A program made the translations under genes and the position numbers. The notes beneath the pieces were generated by a model. That model was not told the DNA's origin. It saw only the letters and a list, made by a program, of their open reading frames with translations, and searched no databases. From a virus (taxonomy: Duplodnaviria; Caudoviricetes), in IMG/VR virus record IMGVR_UViG_3300044854_000085, positions 20,757 to 84,756 of that record: DNA of 64,000 bases. One strand, written 5' to 3'. Below, in pieces: positions 9,477 to 17,441 of the stretch (its first letter is position 1; every line of letters starts with the position of its first letter).

Positions 9477-10082
9477 ATGCCCTGGCGCGTGCCCGACGAA
9501 TGGAAGGGCGAAACGGCCGTCATCTTCGGCGGCGGTCCTTCACTGAACCAAGCCGACGTGGACTATGCGATCTCGCGCGGCTGGCGTCGGATTGCATGCA
9601 ACAACGCCTATCTGCTCGACCCGCACGCCGACGTGCTGTGTTGGGCCGATCAACGCTGGTATTTGTGGAACCGCAAGGATCTCCACAAGCACGTTGGGAA
9701 ATACAAGGTCTGTTGGCGTCTCGTGCCGGCGACGACCGGGCTCACGATCAAGACGCTGATGCATCACCGCGGCGTGGTCTCGAACGATCCTCTGGCGATC
9801 GTCGCCAACAACACCGGCCAGGGCGCGATCAACCTCGCCTACCTGTTCGGCGCGAAGCGCATTCTGTTGCTCGGCTTCGATATGCGCACGCACGGCGCTC
9901 AACACAACTGGCACAAGCTGCACCAGCGCGGAACGGCGCAGAGCCGCTATAAGGAAGTGTTCGGGCCCGCGATCGCGAAAGCCGGAGAAGCGATCCAGAA
10001 GAAGGGCGTGACGATCCTCAACTGCACGAAGGATTCAGCCATGAAGTGTTTTCCGATCGTCGATATCCGGGAGATCCAATGA
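9477..10082 (+). CDS. Sialyl/KDO-transferase-like glycosyltransferase (CstII/Maf/DUF115-like) A
   Basis: AVIFGGGPSL..IACNNAY..ILLLGFDM..H..WH, resembling the IIAGNGPSL..RCN..LSGIDF pattern of CMP-ulosonate transferases as I recall it. Confidence 0.6.
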   Translation: MPWRVPDEWKGETAVIFGGGPSLNQADVDYAISRGWRRIACNNAYLLDPHADVLCWADQRWYLWNRKDLHKHVGKYKVCWRLVPATTGLTIKTLMHHRGVVSNDPLAIVANNTGQGAINLAYLFGAKRILLLGFDMRTHGAQHNWHKLHQRGTAQSRYKEVFGPAIAKAGEAIQKKGVTILNCTKDSAMKCFPIVDIREIQ

Positions 10083-10339
10083 CGGTTGAACAGAAACTCG
10101 CGCGGCTAACGCCGTCCCATCACCACTTCGAACGGGTCCTCGATCCGTGGCACGTCGACGCATTCGTGGGAACGCCGGCCGAAGGACACGGCATCGGTGG
10201 CGAACGCCGCGTGGTCTGGTACTCGGTCGATTGGTGCGGCAACCTGATTCAGTGTTGGGGCGAAGACACGCCGCCGGGAGTCGAAGCCAGCGATAAGGAC
10301 GGCCAGAAGATCATCGCCGGATGCCCGGCCAACGAGTAA
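10079..10339 (+). CDS. Hypothetical protein
   Basis: MTVEQKLARL...; coupled by ATGA and TAATG overlaps on both sides. Confidence 0.6.
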   Translation: MTVEQKLARLTPSHHHFERVLDPWHVDAFVGTPAEGHGIGGERRVVWYSVDWCGNLIQCWGEDTPPGVEASDKDGQKIIAGCPANE

Positions 10340-11196
10340 TGCTTTATAACCTGCCCGAATTCGGAATCAATCTCGCGCCGTGGTTCGATACAGTGTTCGA
10401 GAACGATCAGCCCCGCAAGCGCGGCCTGTTCCTCATTGCCGGCCCGTGCGTGATCGAATCTCACGCGCACGCGAAATACATGGCCATGGCGATTAAACAG
10501 ATGGCCGCGGCCGCGGGCATTCCGTTCGTGTTCAAGGCGTCTTTCGATAAGGCCAACCGCACATCGCATGCATCCTATCGCGGGCCTGGTCTGGCGCGCG
10601 GGTTGGACATTCTCGACGACATCCGGCGGACGATACACGTGCCGGTCCTCACCGACGTGCACGAAGCGTTCGAAGCGGGTCCTGTCGCCGATGTAGTCGA
10701 CATCATCCAGATTCCGGCATTCCTTTGCCGGCAAACCGACGTCGTTCAAGAGGCGGCGCGGACGGGAAAGATCATCAACGTGAAGAAAGGCCAGTTCCTT
10801 TCTCCATGGGACGCGAAAGCGATTGTCGATAAGGCCCGCGCCGTCGGAAACGATCGCGTGATGCTCACCGAGCGCGGATCCACATTCGGCTACAACAACC
10901 TGGTGGTCGACTTCCGATCGCTGCCGATCATGAGCCGGTTCGGTTGTCCTGTGATTTTCGACGCGACACACAGTTTGCAATTGCCCGGCGGTGAAGGATC
11001 GCACTCCGGAGGAACTCCCGAGTTTATTCCCCACCTGGTGCGCGGTGCCGTGGCCGTCGGCGTTGATGGGGTCTTCATGGAAGTTCACGACCAGCCGGAG
11101 AAGGCGCTATCGGACGGAGCCAATGCGTTGAAGCTCGATCGACTGCCTGCGGTTCTTGCGGAAATGAAACGGATTCACCAATGTTTAAACAGGTAG
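10339..11196 (+). CDS. kdsA: KDO-8-phosphate synthase, metal-dependent type
   Basis: AGPCVIES, KASFDKANRTS, TDVHE, QIPAFLCRQTD, NVKKGQF, RGSTFGYNNLVVD, FDATHSLQ, FMEVH and ALSDG; the Cys/His/Glu/Asp metal ligands are present. Confidence 0.97.
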   Translation: MLYNLPEFGINLAPWFDTVFENDQPRKRGLFLIAGPCVIESHAHAKYMAMAIKQMAAAAGIPFVFKASFDKANRTSHASYRGPGLARGLDILDDIRRTIHVPVLTDVHEAFEAGPVADVVDIIQIPAFLCRQTDVVQEAARTGKIINVKKGQFLSPWDAKAIVDKARAVGNDRVMLTERGSTFGYNNLVVDFRSLPIMSRFGCPVIFDATHSLQLPGGEGSHSGGTPEFIPHLVRGAVAVGVDGVFMEVHDQPEKALSDGANALKLDRLPAVLAEMKRIHQCLNR

Positions 11197-11783
11197 CGCT
11201 CAAACCGGCCGACGTGATGCACGCATCGATTGCCGCGATTGCGCGCGCGGCGCGTGTTGTTCCGCACCTGTACGCGTTCGATATCGTGGCGCACGCGATT
11301 GCGACCACCGATCGGACGGTGTTTGTCACCGGCATTGGAAAGTCCGGAGTCGTCGCCCGCAAGATTGCCGCCACGCTGGCGACATGCCGGATACGCGCGG
11401 TATTCGCGGATCCCGGCGCGTTATGGCATGGCGAGCTCGGCTCGATCGAGAGCGATGACATCGTCATCATGGTCAGTCACAGCGGCGAGACCGACGAGCT
11501 CCTGCGGCTGGTCCCGATTCTCGAGAAGAAACGGTGCATGATCGCGCCTATCGTCGGTTATCCGTTATCCACGCTCGGCAAGATGCTCTGTTCCATCGCG
11601 ACTGGAATAGTCGACGAGCCATTCGCGCAGATCCCAACCGCGTCGGCCGCGGCGGCAACTGCCGTCGGCGATGCGCTCGCCGTAACGGTTGCTCAGTTGA
11701 AAGGACTCGATGACGTTTCGCTCGCACCAGAACATCCCGGTGGAACTATCGGCCAGACAAACGGTCGATTGGGCCCGCGTTGA
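11181..11783 (+). CDS. kdsD: Arabinose-5-phosphate isomerase (stand-alone SIS domain, KdsD/KpsF/GutQ family)
   Basis: TGIGKSGVVARKIAAT, HGELG, SHSGET, PTASA..GDALAV, HPGG; no CBS domains. Confidence 0.9.
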   Translation: MFKQVALKPADVMHASIAAIARAARVVPHLYAFDIVAHAIATTDRTVFVTGIGKSGVVARKIAATLATCRIRAVFADPGALWHGELGSIESDDIVIMVSHSGETDELLRLVPILEKKRCMIAPIVGYPLSTLGKMLCSIATGIVDEPFAQIPTASAAAATAVGDALAVTVAQLKGLDDVSLAPEHPGGTIGQTNGRLGPR

Positions 11784-12420
11784 AGGTTCTGCTGAAACCG
11801 TAATCATCGTCGCGTCCGGTCCGAGCCTGCGGGCATTTCCCTTCTACCGGCTGCGCGGCCGCGGATTCGTCATTGCCGTGAACAACGCGGCGCGGGCGGT
11901 TCCTTTCGCCAATGCATGGGTCACCGTCGACACGATGCGCCTGGGCGACCGCATCCCCGCGCGGTTCGACGGAACGCGCTACATCGCCGCGCCGGAAGAA
12001 TTCGGATCTCCGGATGCGCGCTGCCCGTGCGATCGCCACATTCCGGACTTCGACGTGAAGTACCTGCGGCGGATCGATCAACCGACGCTCGCGGAGGATC
12101 CGACGGTTCTGCACGGATTGAATTCCGCGTTCGGCGCTTTGAATTTCGCCTATCACCTGCGGCCGCGGCGCATCGTGATGTTCGGCGTGGATGCGAATCG
12201 GTTCGAGGCGTACTTCTACGGTCACCGCCAGGCGACACGGAAACAGAACCGCGTCATCCAGGATATGCCCGATGTATTTGCCTCGGCCGTTCCCCAACTG
12301 GAGGCGGCCGGCATTGAAGTCCTCAATGCGAGCGCAGCGAGCTCGGTCCGTTGTTTTCCACGGATGGATTCTCAGACGGCACTTAACCGTCTGCGGTCAT
12401 GGACACCCTTCGCACGATAG
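11710..12420 (+). CDS. Sialyl/KDO-transferase-like glycosyltransferase B (paralog of 9477; start uncertain)
   Basis: VIIVASGPSL..VIAVNNA..NSAFGALNFAYHLRPRRIVMFGVD..YFY..VLNAS. Confidence 0.6.
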   Translation: MTFRSHQNIPVELSARQTVDWARVEGSAETVIIVASGPSLRAFPFYRLRGRGFVIAVNNAARAVPFANAWVTVDTMRLGDRIPARFDGTRYIAAPEEFGSPDARCPCDRHIPDFDVKYLRRIDQPTLAEDPTVLHGLNSAFGALNFAYHLRPRRIVMFGVDANRFEAYFYGHRQATRKQNRVIQDMPDVFASAVPQLEAAGIEVLNASAASSVRCFPRMDSQTALNRLRSWTPFAR

Positions 12421-12589
12421 TCCGGAGATCGTCTTCCCACAACAGGCGCGCGCATTTGGCGCACAGCAATAGGTCGCTGTTCGTTTCCGAATCGTACAAG
12501 CGAATGGCGGCTAGTTCTGAACAGTCGCCGTTCAAGTGGGTCTGATGGAAGTTGTGCGGACAAGCACAGGTCGGCTCGATCGGAGCCAT
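12383..12589 (-). CDS. Possible small Cys/His-rich protein, antisense to the late operon
   Basis: MAPIEPTCACPHNFHQTH..C..CAKC fills the 12420-12602 gap; no clear RBS. Confidence 0.3.
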   Translation of the reverse strand: MAPIEPTCACPHNFHQTHLNGDCSELAAIRLYDSETNSDLLLCAKCARLLWEDDLRTIVRRVSMTADG

Positions 12590-12601
12590 AACTAGAGTCT
12601 T

Positions 12602-13132
12602 ATGGAGTTTCAAATGTTTCGTGGCGATTTTCTCGTAGAACTGATCAAAACGCACGGCCTAAAACGCGGCGTCGAGTTGGGTTTGTGGAAAGGCCGGACC
12701 TACTTCCACATGCTCGACCGCTGTCCGGAACTGGAGCTGGTGGGCGTGGATCAGTGGATGTACCACCCGGAGCGCAAGAGCATTCCCGGCGGTGAAACCT
12801 ACGAACGCTGGAACATGCCGGGCCTGGAAAAGACGGTCCGGACCCAGGCGAAGAAGTACGGCGATCGCGCCGTGCTGCTCAAATCAGCGACCGTCAGCGC
12901 CGCCAAGTACTTCCAGGAAGGTTTTTTCGATTTCGTCTTCATTGACGCCGATCACTCGGAAGCCGGCGTGCGCTCCGATATCGAGGCATGGAAACCGAAG
13001 GTGCGAGCTGGCGGGTTTCTGACGGGTCACGACATCATGTGGCCGACCGTGGAGAAGGTTGTCCGCGAGCTGGTGCCCGGCTATCAGCAGAACGGGACCC
13101 ATAGCGACGCTTGTTGGTACATCCAAATATGA
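12602..13132 (+). CDS. Class I SAM-dependent methyltransferase (Methyltransf_24-like, sugar O-methyltransferase type)
   Basis: VELGLWKGRT, GVDQW, FDFVFIDADHS, GGFLTGHD. Confidence 0.85.
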   Translation: MEFQMFRGDFLVELIKTHGLKRGVELGLWKGRTYFHMLDRCPELELVGVDQWMYHPERKSIPGGETYERWNMPGLEKTVRTQAKKYGDRAVLLKSATVSAAKYFQEGFFDFVFIDADHSEAGVRSDIEAWKPKVRAGGFLTGHDIMWPTVEKVVRELVPGYQQNGTHSDACWYIQI

Positions 13133-13341
13133 ACGAAAAAACATCCAAACGCGTGGCTTCCGTTGCCGGACGCATTTCCCGCAGACTCGGCACGCTCAAA
13201 GCCATCGAGGACGCCGGAGTGTGGGTTGCAGTATTTCCGGCAGGAGAAGAGGAGTTGCAGTTCGTCAAAGTGGCGAGCTTGGCCGAACTGAGAGCCATGG
13301 CCGCGTCGCTGATGACTCAGGCTCCCGATAAAAAATTATGA
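13129..13341 (+). CDS. Small hypothetical phage protein
   Basis: MNEKTSKRVASVAGRI...LMTQAPDK; ATGA overlaps. Confidence 0.6.
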   Translation: MNEKTSKRVASVAGRISRRLGTLKAIEDAGVWVAVFPAGEEELQFVKVASLAELRAMAASLMTQAPDKKL

Positions 13342-13622
13342 TTCGCACCGCATTGACGCCCGAGGACGCCGTGCGCGTTCTCAACGAAGCGCTCGAACTC
13401 GACCGCGTCGGGCTATCGCAATTGTTTTTGCGCGCCGCCCCATGCAACGAAGCGTTGGCGGATCATCCGACCATCCAGGTCGGCACATATCCGAACGGCA
13501 GCTTTTACGTGCGGCCGTTGGGTTTGATCAACGGTCTGTTCGGCGTCGACGAGGAAAGCTATGGACCCATCGCCGCGCAGGTCGAAAACGGTTTGATTCT
13601 GAAGTTCGTCACACGGAACTGA
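13338..13622 (+). CDS. Hypothetical phage protein
   Basis: 94 aa; coupled to the upstream gene. Confidence 0.6.
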   Translation: MIRTALTPEDAVRVLNEALELDRVGLSQLFLRAAPCNEALADHPTIQVGTYPNGSFYVRPLGLINGLFGVDEESYGPIAAQVENGLILKFVTRN

Positions 13623-14014
13623 CGGGTTTGCGGACGATGTGCATTGCGCCGTCGTCCGCGGCCGGCCGAACGCGTTCATCATGCGATGCGACGCCTTGGC
13701 TGGTGGTTGGGGCGGGCTCTGTACGCATCGGCAGAGCCCGCACCGCCGAAGGCTTTTGATCCTATGGGCAAGCTACTGTTTTTCAGGAACGCATATTCGG
13801 CGCTGCGCGAGGAAGCCAATCGCGTCGTCATTCGGCAGGACGAGTTTTGCGCGAAGCTCCAGACAGCGATCGATTCCAAAAACCGACGCGCCGTCATAGA
13901 AGCTTTTCTTGAATTGAAGCAGAGTGTCGGCCGGTCGAGCGAGCCCGCAAAGACTTCCGTTGCCGGCTGCCGGCACATCGTGCTCCAGGTCTTGCGCCAG
14001 TTGAAGGTGCAAGC

Positions 14015-14695
14015 GTGTTGACCGTCGCCTGTGTGATGCGTTCCGGCGGCGTTTACAACGCCACGCACGTACGCACGCTCGAAGCGATGGTCTCGCGCCA
14101 TCTGCCGTACCTGGACCGGTTCGTGTGTCTGACCGATTCCGACTTCCTCGATCCGCATGTCGAATGCATCGGCCTGGTGAACCACTGGCCGGGCTGGTGG
14201 TCAAAACTCGAACTGTTCAGCAAGCGGGTGGCTCCGGAAGGCAGCCGCGTGTTGTATTTCGATCTCGACATGGTGATCACCGGAAGCCTAGTGGAGATCG
14301 CAGCCCGGCCCGAGCCGTTCATCGTCAAGAGCGACACGTACCGGAACGGCATCAAGAGCCCGCGGCATCTGAAGGGACGGCCGGGTTATCAATCGAGCAT
14401 GATGGCGTGGACGGCCGGCGAGCTCGAATACTTGTATACCGACTTCGCGCGCACCGCGCCCACGCATATGACCAAACACAAGGCGATCGGCGATCAGGAG
14501 TTTTTAGAATTCCACGCCCCGCGTGCGGCATATTGGGACGATGTGGCGCCGGGCCAGGTGGTCAGTTTCCGTAGACATTGCCGCGAAGGCCTGCCCGCCG
14601 ATGCACGGGTTGTGGACTTCCACGGCAAAATGAAACCGTGGCTCGCTGACGACGCCTGGATTGCCGAGCATTACCGGATCGGAGAGAGACTGTGA
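14015..14695 (+). CDS. GT-A fold glycosyltransferase (GT8-like)
   Basis: VACVMRSGGVY, FVCLTD, GWWSKLELF, LYFDLD (DxD), SSMM.W, GDQEF, VVDFHGKMKPW. Confidence 0.8.
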   Translation: MLTVACVMRSGGVYNATHVRTLEAMVSRHLPYLDRFVCLTDSDFLDPHVECIGLVNHWPGWWSKLELFSKRVAPEGSRVLYFDLDMVITGSLVEIAARPEPFIVKSDTYRNGIKSPRHLKGRPGYQSSMMAWTAGELEYLYTDFARTAPTHMTKHKAIGDQEFLEFHAPRAAYWDDVAPGQVVSFRRHCREGLPADARVVDFHGKMKPWLADDAWIAEHYRIGERL

Positions 14696-14871
14696 ACAAA
14701 CCAGAGACATTCGAACTCCAGATTTCAGCCGTCCGCATTGACGAAAACAACAAATCGTCGGTCGTCTACAAATCGCGAACTGTCGCGAAGCTCGAGACGC
14801 AGGAGCAAGTCGATAGAATCCTCAGCCGCATCGAAGATGTCATCGCGGATATGACAGGCAGGGCCGCATGA
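14692..14871 (+). CDS. Small hypothetical protein
   Basis: GTG-start ORF (MNKPETFELQISAVRIDE...) with 4-bp overlaps on both sides; my translation. Confidence 0.5.
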   Translation: MNKPETFELQISAVRIDENNKSSVVYKSRTVAKLETQEQVDRILSRIEDVIADMTGRAA

Positions 14872-15197
14872 ATATTGCGCACTTTCTCACCGAGACGCTC
14901 ACGCAGGAGCGGAAGACACGCACGTCCAACGGCAAGGGCGGCTTCACCGAGACGTATCACTCGATCGGCACGGTGAACGGCCGGATCAACGACGCCGGCG
15001 GAAGCGAAGTCCACGTCGCCAAGCAGCGGAAGGCGGAAGTCAGTCACATCGTCTACCTGGATCCGGACACGGATGTGAAGATGGGCGATCGCTTCATCGA
15101 CTCGCGCGGCCGCGTGTTGCGCGTGACGATCCCGCACGCGGAGATCCCGTCGGTGCCGATTTATTCGAAATCGTTCCTCATTGAAACGCAACACTGA
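14868..15197 (+). CDS. Head closure / stopper protein (SPP1 gp16-like)
   Basis: LTQERKTRTSNGKGGFTETY..VKMGDRFID..VLRV; size and position. Confidence 0.8.
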   Translation: MNIAHFLTETLTQERKTRTSNGKGGFTETYHSIGTVNGRINDAGGSEVHVAKQRKAEVSHIVYLDPDTDVKMGDRFIDSRGRVLRVTIPHAEIPSVPIYSKSFLIETQH

Positions 15198-15260
15198 CAA
15201 GCGTTCCACGTGGCACATGATAGGTATCATGTGGATTATCATGAGGCACTTATCATGATC

Positions 15261-15333
15261 GCGCCGGTCGTCTAGCGGTTAGGACACGGCCCTTTCAAGG
15301 CCGGGATCAGGGGTTCGAATCCCCTCCGGCGTA
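15261..15333 (+). tRNA. trnE: tRNA-Glu(TTC), CCA not encoded
   Basis: Full cloverleaf: acceptor GCGCCGG/CCGGCGT (G1-U72), D arm GTC/GAC, anticodon stem CGGCC-CTTTCAA-GGCCG, T arm AGGGG-TTCGAAT-CCCCT. Confidence 0.92.
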
Positions 15334-15364
15334 TTGTCTTGACGATCATCAAGAACATCTGAAC

Positions 15365-15425
15365 GTATATACGTCGATATACGCCGATATACGCTTCCGG
15401 AAGTCTTCTCCGACTCTTCTCCGAC
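15365..15425. repeat. Short direct repeats: (G/T)ATATACG x3, then CTTCTCCGAC x2
   Basis: Read directly between the tRNA and the 15429 gene; CTTCTCCGAC is the reverse complement of the dispersed motif. Confidence 0.7.
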
Positions 15426-15428
15426 ACA

Positions 15429-15860
15429 TTGAGCAACAACCCGCAGATCCAGTGGAACTCGGCCGCAATCGTCGCGAAAGTGACGGCACGGGTGGAGAAG
15501 AACGTCGAAAAGGCCGCGCTCCTGGTCGAACGCACCGCGATCCGGAAACTCAGCACCGGCCAACCGGTGCGCCGCACACCAGGCGGCCACCTGGTCGGAT
15601 TGAATCCGTCGGCGCCCGGTCAACCGCCCCACACGTTAAGCGGCCGATTGAAGCAAAGCATCACGCACATTGTGGAGAACGTCGGCGGCAAGATCATCGC
15701 CTGGATCGGATCCAACGTCGAATACGCCCGCCGTCTGGAGCTCGGCTTTACGGGCCGAGACCGAGCGGGCCGCAACATCCGCCAAGCGCCGCGGCCGTAC
15801 TTGCGGCCGTCGGTAACCGAAAACAAGTCTGCGATCGAAACCATTCTTCGAGGCAAATAA
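15429..15860 (+). CDS. HK97 gp10-like tail completion protein
   Basis: SAPGQPPHTLSGRLKQSI, IGSNVEYARRLELG, PRPYLRPS. Confidence 0.85.
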   Translation: MSNNPQIQWNSAAIVAKVTARVEKNVEKAALLVERTAIRKLSTGQPVRRTPGGHLVGLNPSAPGQPPHTLSGRLKQSITHIVENVGGKIIAWIGSNVEYARRLELGFTGRDRAGRNIRQAPRPYLRPSVTENKSAIETILRGK

Positions 15861-15861
15861 G

Positions 15862-16887
15862 GTGAAGACCCTCTTCCAGCGACCCGACCGCATCAACGAT
15901 CCATTGTATGTCGTGACCATGATTTCGAACCCAGCGCGTTACCGAGTCCGCTGGAAACACTTCGAGGATTTCGCGAAGCGCTGCGAGGAAGCCGGTGCGA
16001 TTCTCTATCCCGTTGAAGTCGCCTTCGGCGAGCGCGCGTTTGTTATCGATCATCCGAACGTGATCCAGCTTCGAACCTCACACGAACTCTGGCACAAAGA
16101 GAACGCCATCAATCTCGGCATCCAACGGCTGCCGCAGGATTGGAAGTACGTGGCCTGCATCGACGCCGATATCACGTTTGCGCGGCCGGATTGGGCGAAC
16201 GAAACTATCCATCAGCTCCAGCATTACTCGGTCGTGCAGATGTGGTCGCAGGCGCAGGACCTGGATCCGGAGCACCAAGCTCTTGTCGAGCAGCGCCTGA
16301 GTCTGGCCTATTGCTGGATGCACGGACTGCCGCGCCGTGTGAATCACACGAAGGGCGATTATTACGGCTACGAAACCACCGTCTCCGGACAGGGATTCTA
16401 TTGGCATCCCGGTTATGCGTGGGCATACCGCCGCGACGCGATCGACGGATTCGGTGGATTGCTCGACGTGTGCATGCTTGGCGGCGCCGATTATCACATG
16501 GCGTACGGCCTGATCGGTGAAATCGAACAGACGATCCAGCGCAAGACGCTCACAAACTACAACGACATCATTCGACGTTGGGCCGACCGCGCCGATCGCA
16601 CAGTAAAGCGCAGTGTTGGTTACGTTCCCGGGCTGATCCTTCACTCATGGCACGGCGCGAAGGCACACCGCCGATATCGCGATCGCTGGAGCATCTTCGA
16701 GCAAGTTCAATATGACCCGTATGCCGATCTCAAGCACGACTGGCAAGGTCTCTGGCAGCTCACCGATCGCAGTCCGGAATTCCGCCACATGCTGAGCGCT
16801 TACTTCAGACAGCGAAACGAAGACAGCGTCGACGTGGATCCGCGCTGGGCGGCGACAATGCTGAATGCGCCGGGAAAGCAACAATGA
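15862..16887 (+). CDS. Glycosyltransferase-like protein (GT-A, DxD) between tail completion genes
   Basis: LWHKENAINLG, YVACIDADI (DxD), VQMWS, HPGYAWAYRR, LGGAD, HSWHG. Confidence 0.6.
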   Translation: MKTLFQRPDRINDPLYVVTMISNPARYRVRWKHFEDFAKRCEEAGAILYPVEVAFGERAFVIDHPNVIQLRTSHELWHKENAINLGIQRLPQDWKYVACIDADITFARPDWANETIHQLQHYSVVQMWSQAQDLDPEHQALVEQRLSLAYCWMHGLPRRVNHTKGDYYGYETTVSGQGFYWHPGYAWAYRRDAIDGFGGLLDVCMLGGADYHMAYGLIGEIEQTIQRKTLTNYNDIIRRWADRADRTVKRSVGYVPGLILHSWHGAKAHRRYRDRWSIFEQVQYDPYADLKHDWQGLWQLTDRSPEFRHMLSAYFRQRNEDSVDVDPRWAATMLNAPGKQQ

Positions 16888-17330
16888 GCGATGGATTTAT
16901 CGACCTGGACGCCGCCTTCTACAACCGCATGGCGGGAGATCACACGCTCACCGGCCTGCTCGCCAGCTACCCGGACGCGGAGGCAACTAGCGGCGAAATG
17001 CCGGCAATCTTCACGGATCGTGAAGTGCCCGAAGACGCGACACTGCCCTACATCGAAAGCTTCGGCCAGTTATCCGACGTCCCCGACGACGACAAGATCA
17101 CAGTCGGCCGCGAAGTTCACCGCGACATCTTCTGCTTCACCGAGCGAGGCCAGACCGACACGCTCAATCAGATCGCCGATCGCGTCAAAACGCTCTTTCA
17201 TCGTCATGCACTGGAAATCACCGGCGCGACGACGATCAGCGCCTCGGTTAGCGGTCCGATCCCGGCCGAAACCGATGACACGCTGATCGGCGTGGTTCTC
17301 ACGGTACGACTGCGCTTTGAGATGAACTAA
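16884..17330 (+). CDS. Tail terminator (DUF3168-like)
   Basis: LDAAFYNRM..LTGLL, IFTDREVPEDATLPYI, IADRVKTLFH; directly before the tail tube gene. Confidence 0.8.
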   Translation: MSDGFIDLDAAFYNRMAGDHTLTGLLASYPDAEATSGEMPAIFTDREVPEDATLPYIESFGQLSDVPDDDKITVGREVHRDIFCFTERGQTDTLNQIADRVKTLFHRHALEITGATTISASVSGPIPAETDDTLIGVVLTVRLRFEMN

Positions 17331-17336
17331 ACCCCG

Positions 17337-17357
17337 GTAGGAGAACCCTTCTCCTAC
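17337..17357. repeat. Dispersed motif, inverted pair GTAGGAGAA-CCC-TTCTCCTAC
   Basis: Read directly. Confidence 0.8.
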
Positions 17358-17380
17358 TCCGACAATTCAACCCTTTTCCG

Positions 17381-17418
17381 AAAGCCCGGCGGGCTCAACT
17401 CGCCGGGCTTTTTTATTT
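17381..17418 (+). terminator. Rho-independent terminator upstream of the tail tube gene
   Basis: AAAGCCCGGCG...CGCCGGGCTTT followed by TTTATTT. Confidence 0.75.
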
Positions 17419-17441
17419 CACATCGATAGGAGAAACCCAAC

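Noticed and set aside
9477-14695. DNA hypermodification pathway
   Set aside because: No base-modifying enzyme (hydroxymethylase, TET/JBP, kinase) or polymerase is seen and the genes are coupled to late structural genes; not excluded, but less likely.
15272-15632. Minus-strand ORFs over the tRNA
   Set aside because: Better explained by the tRNA-Glu and the 15429 gene.
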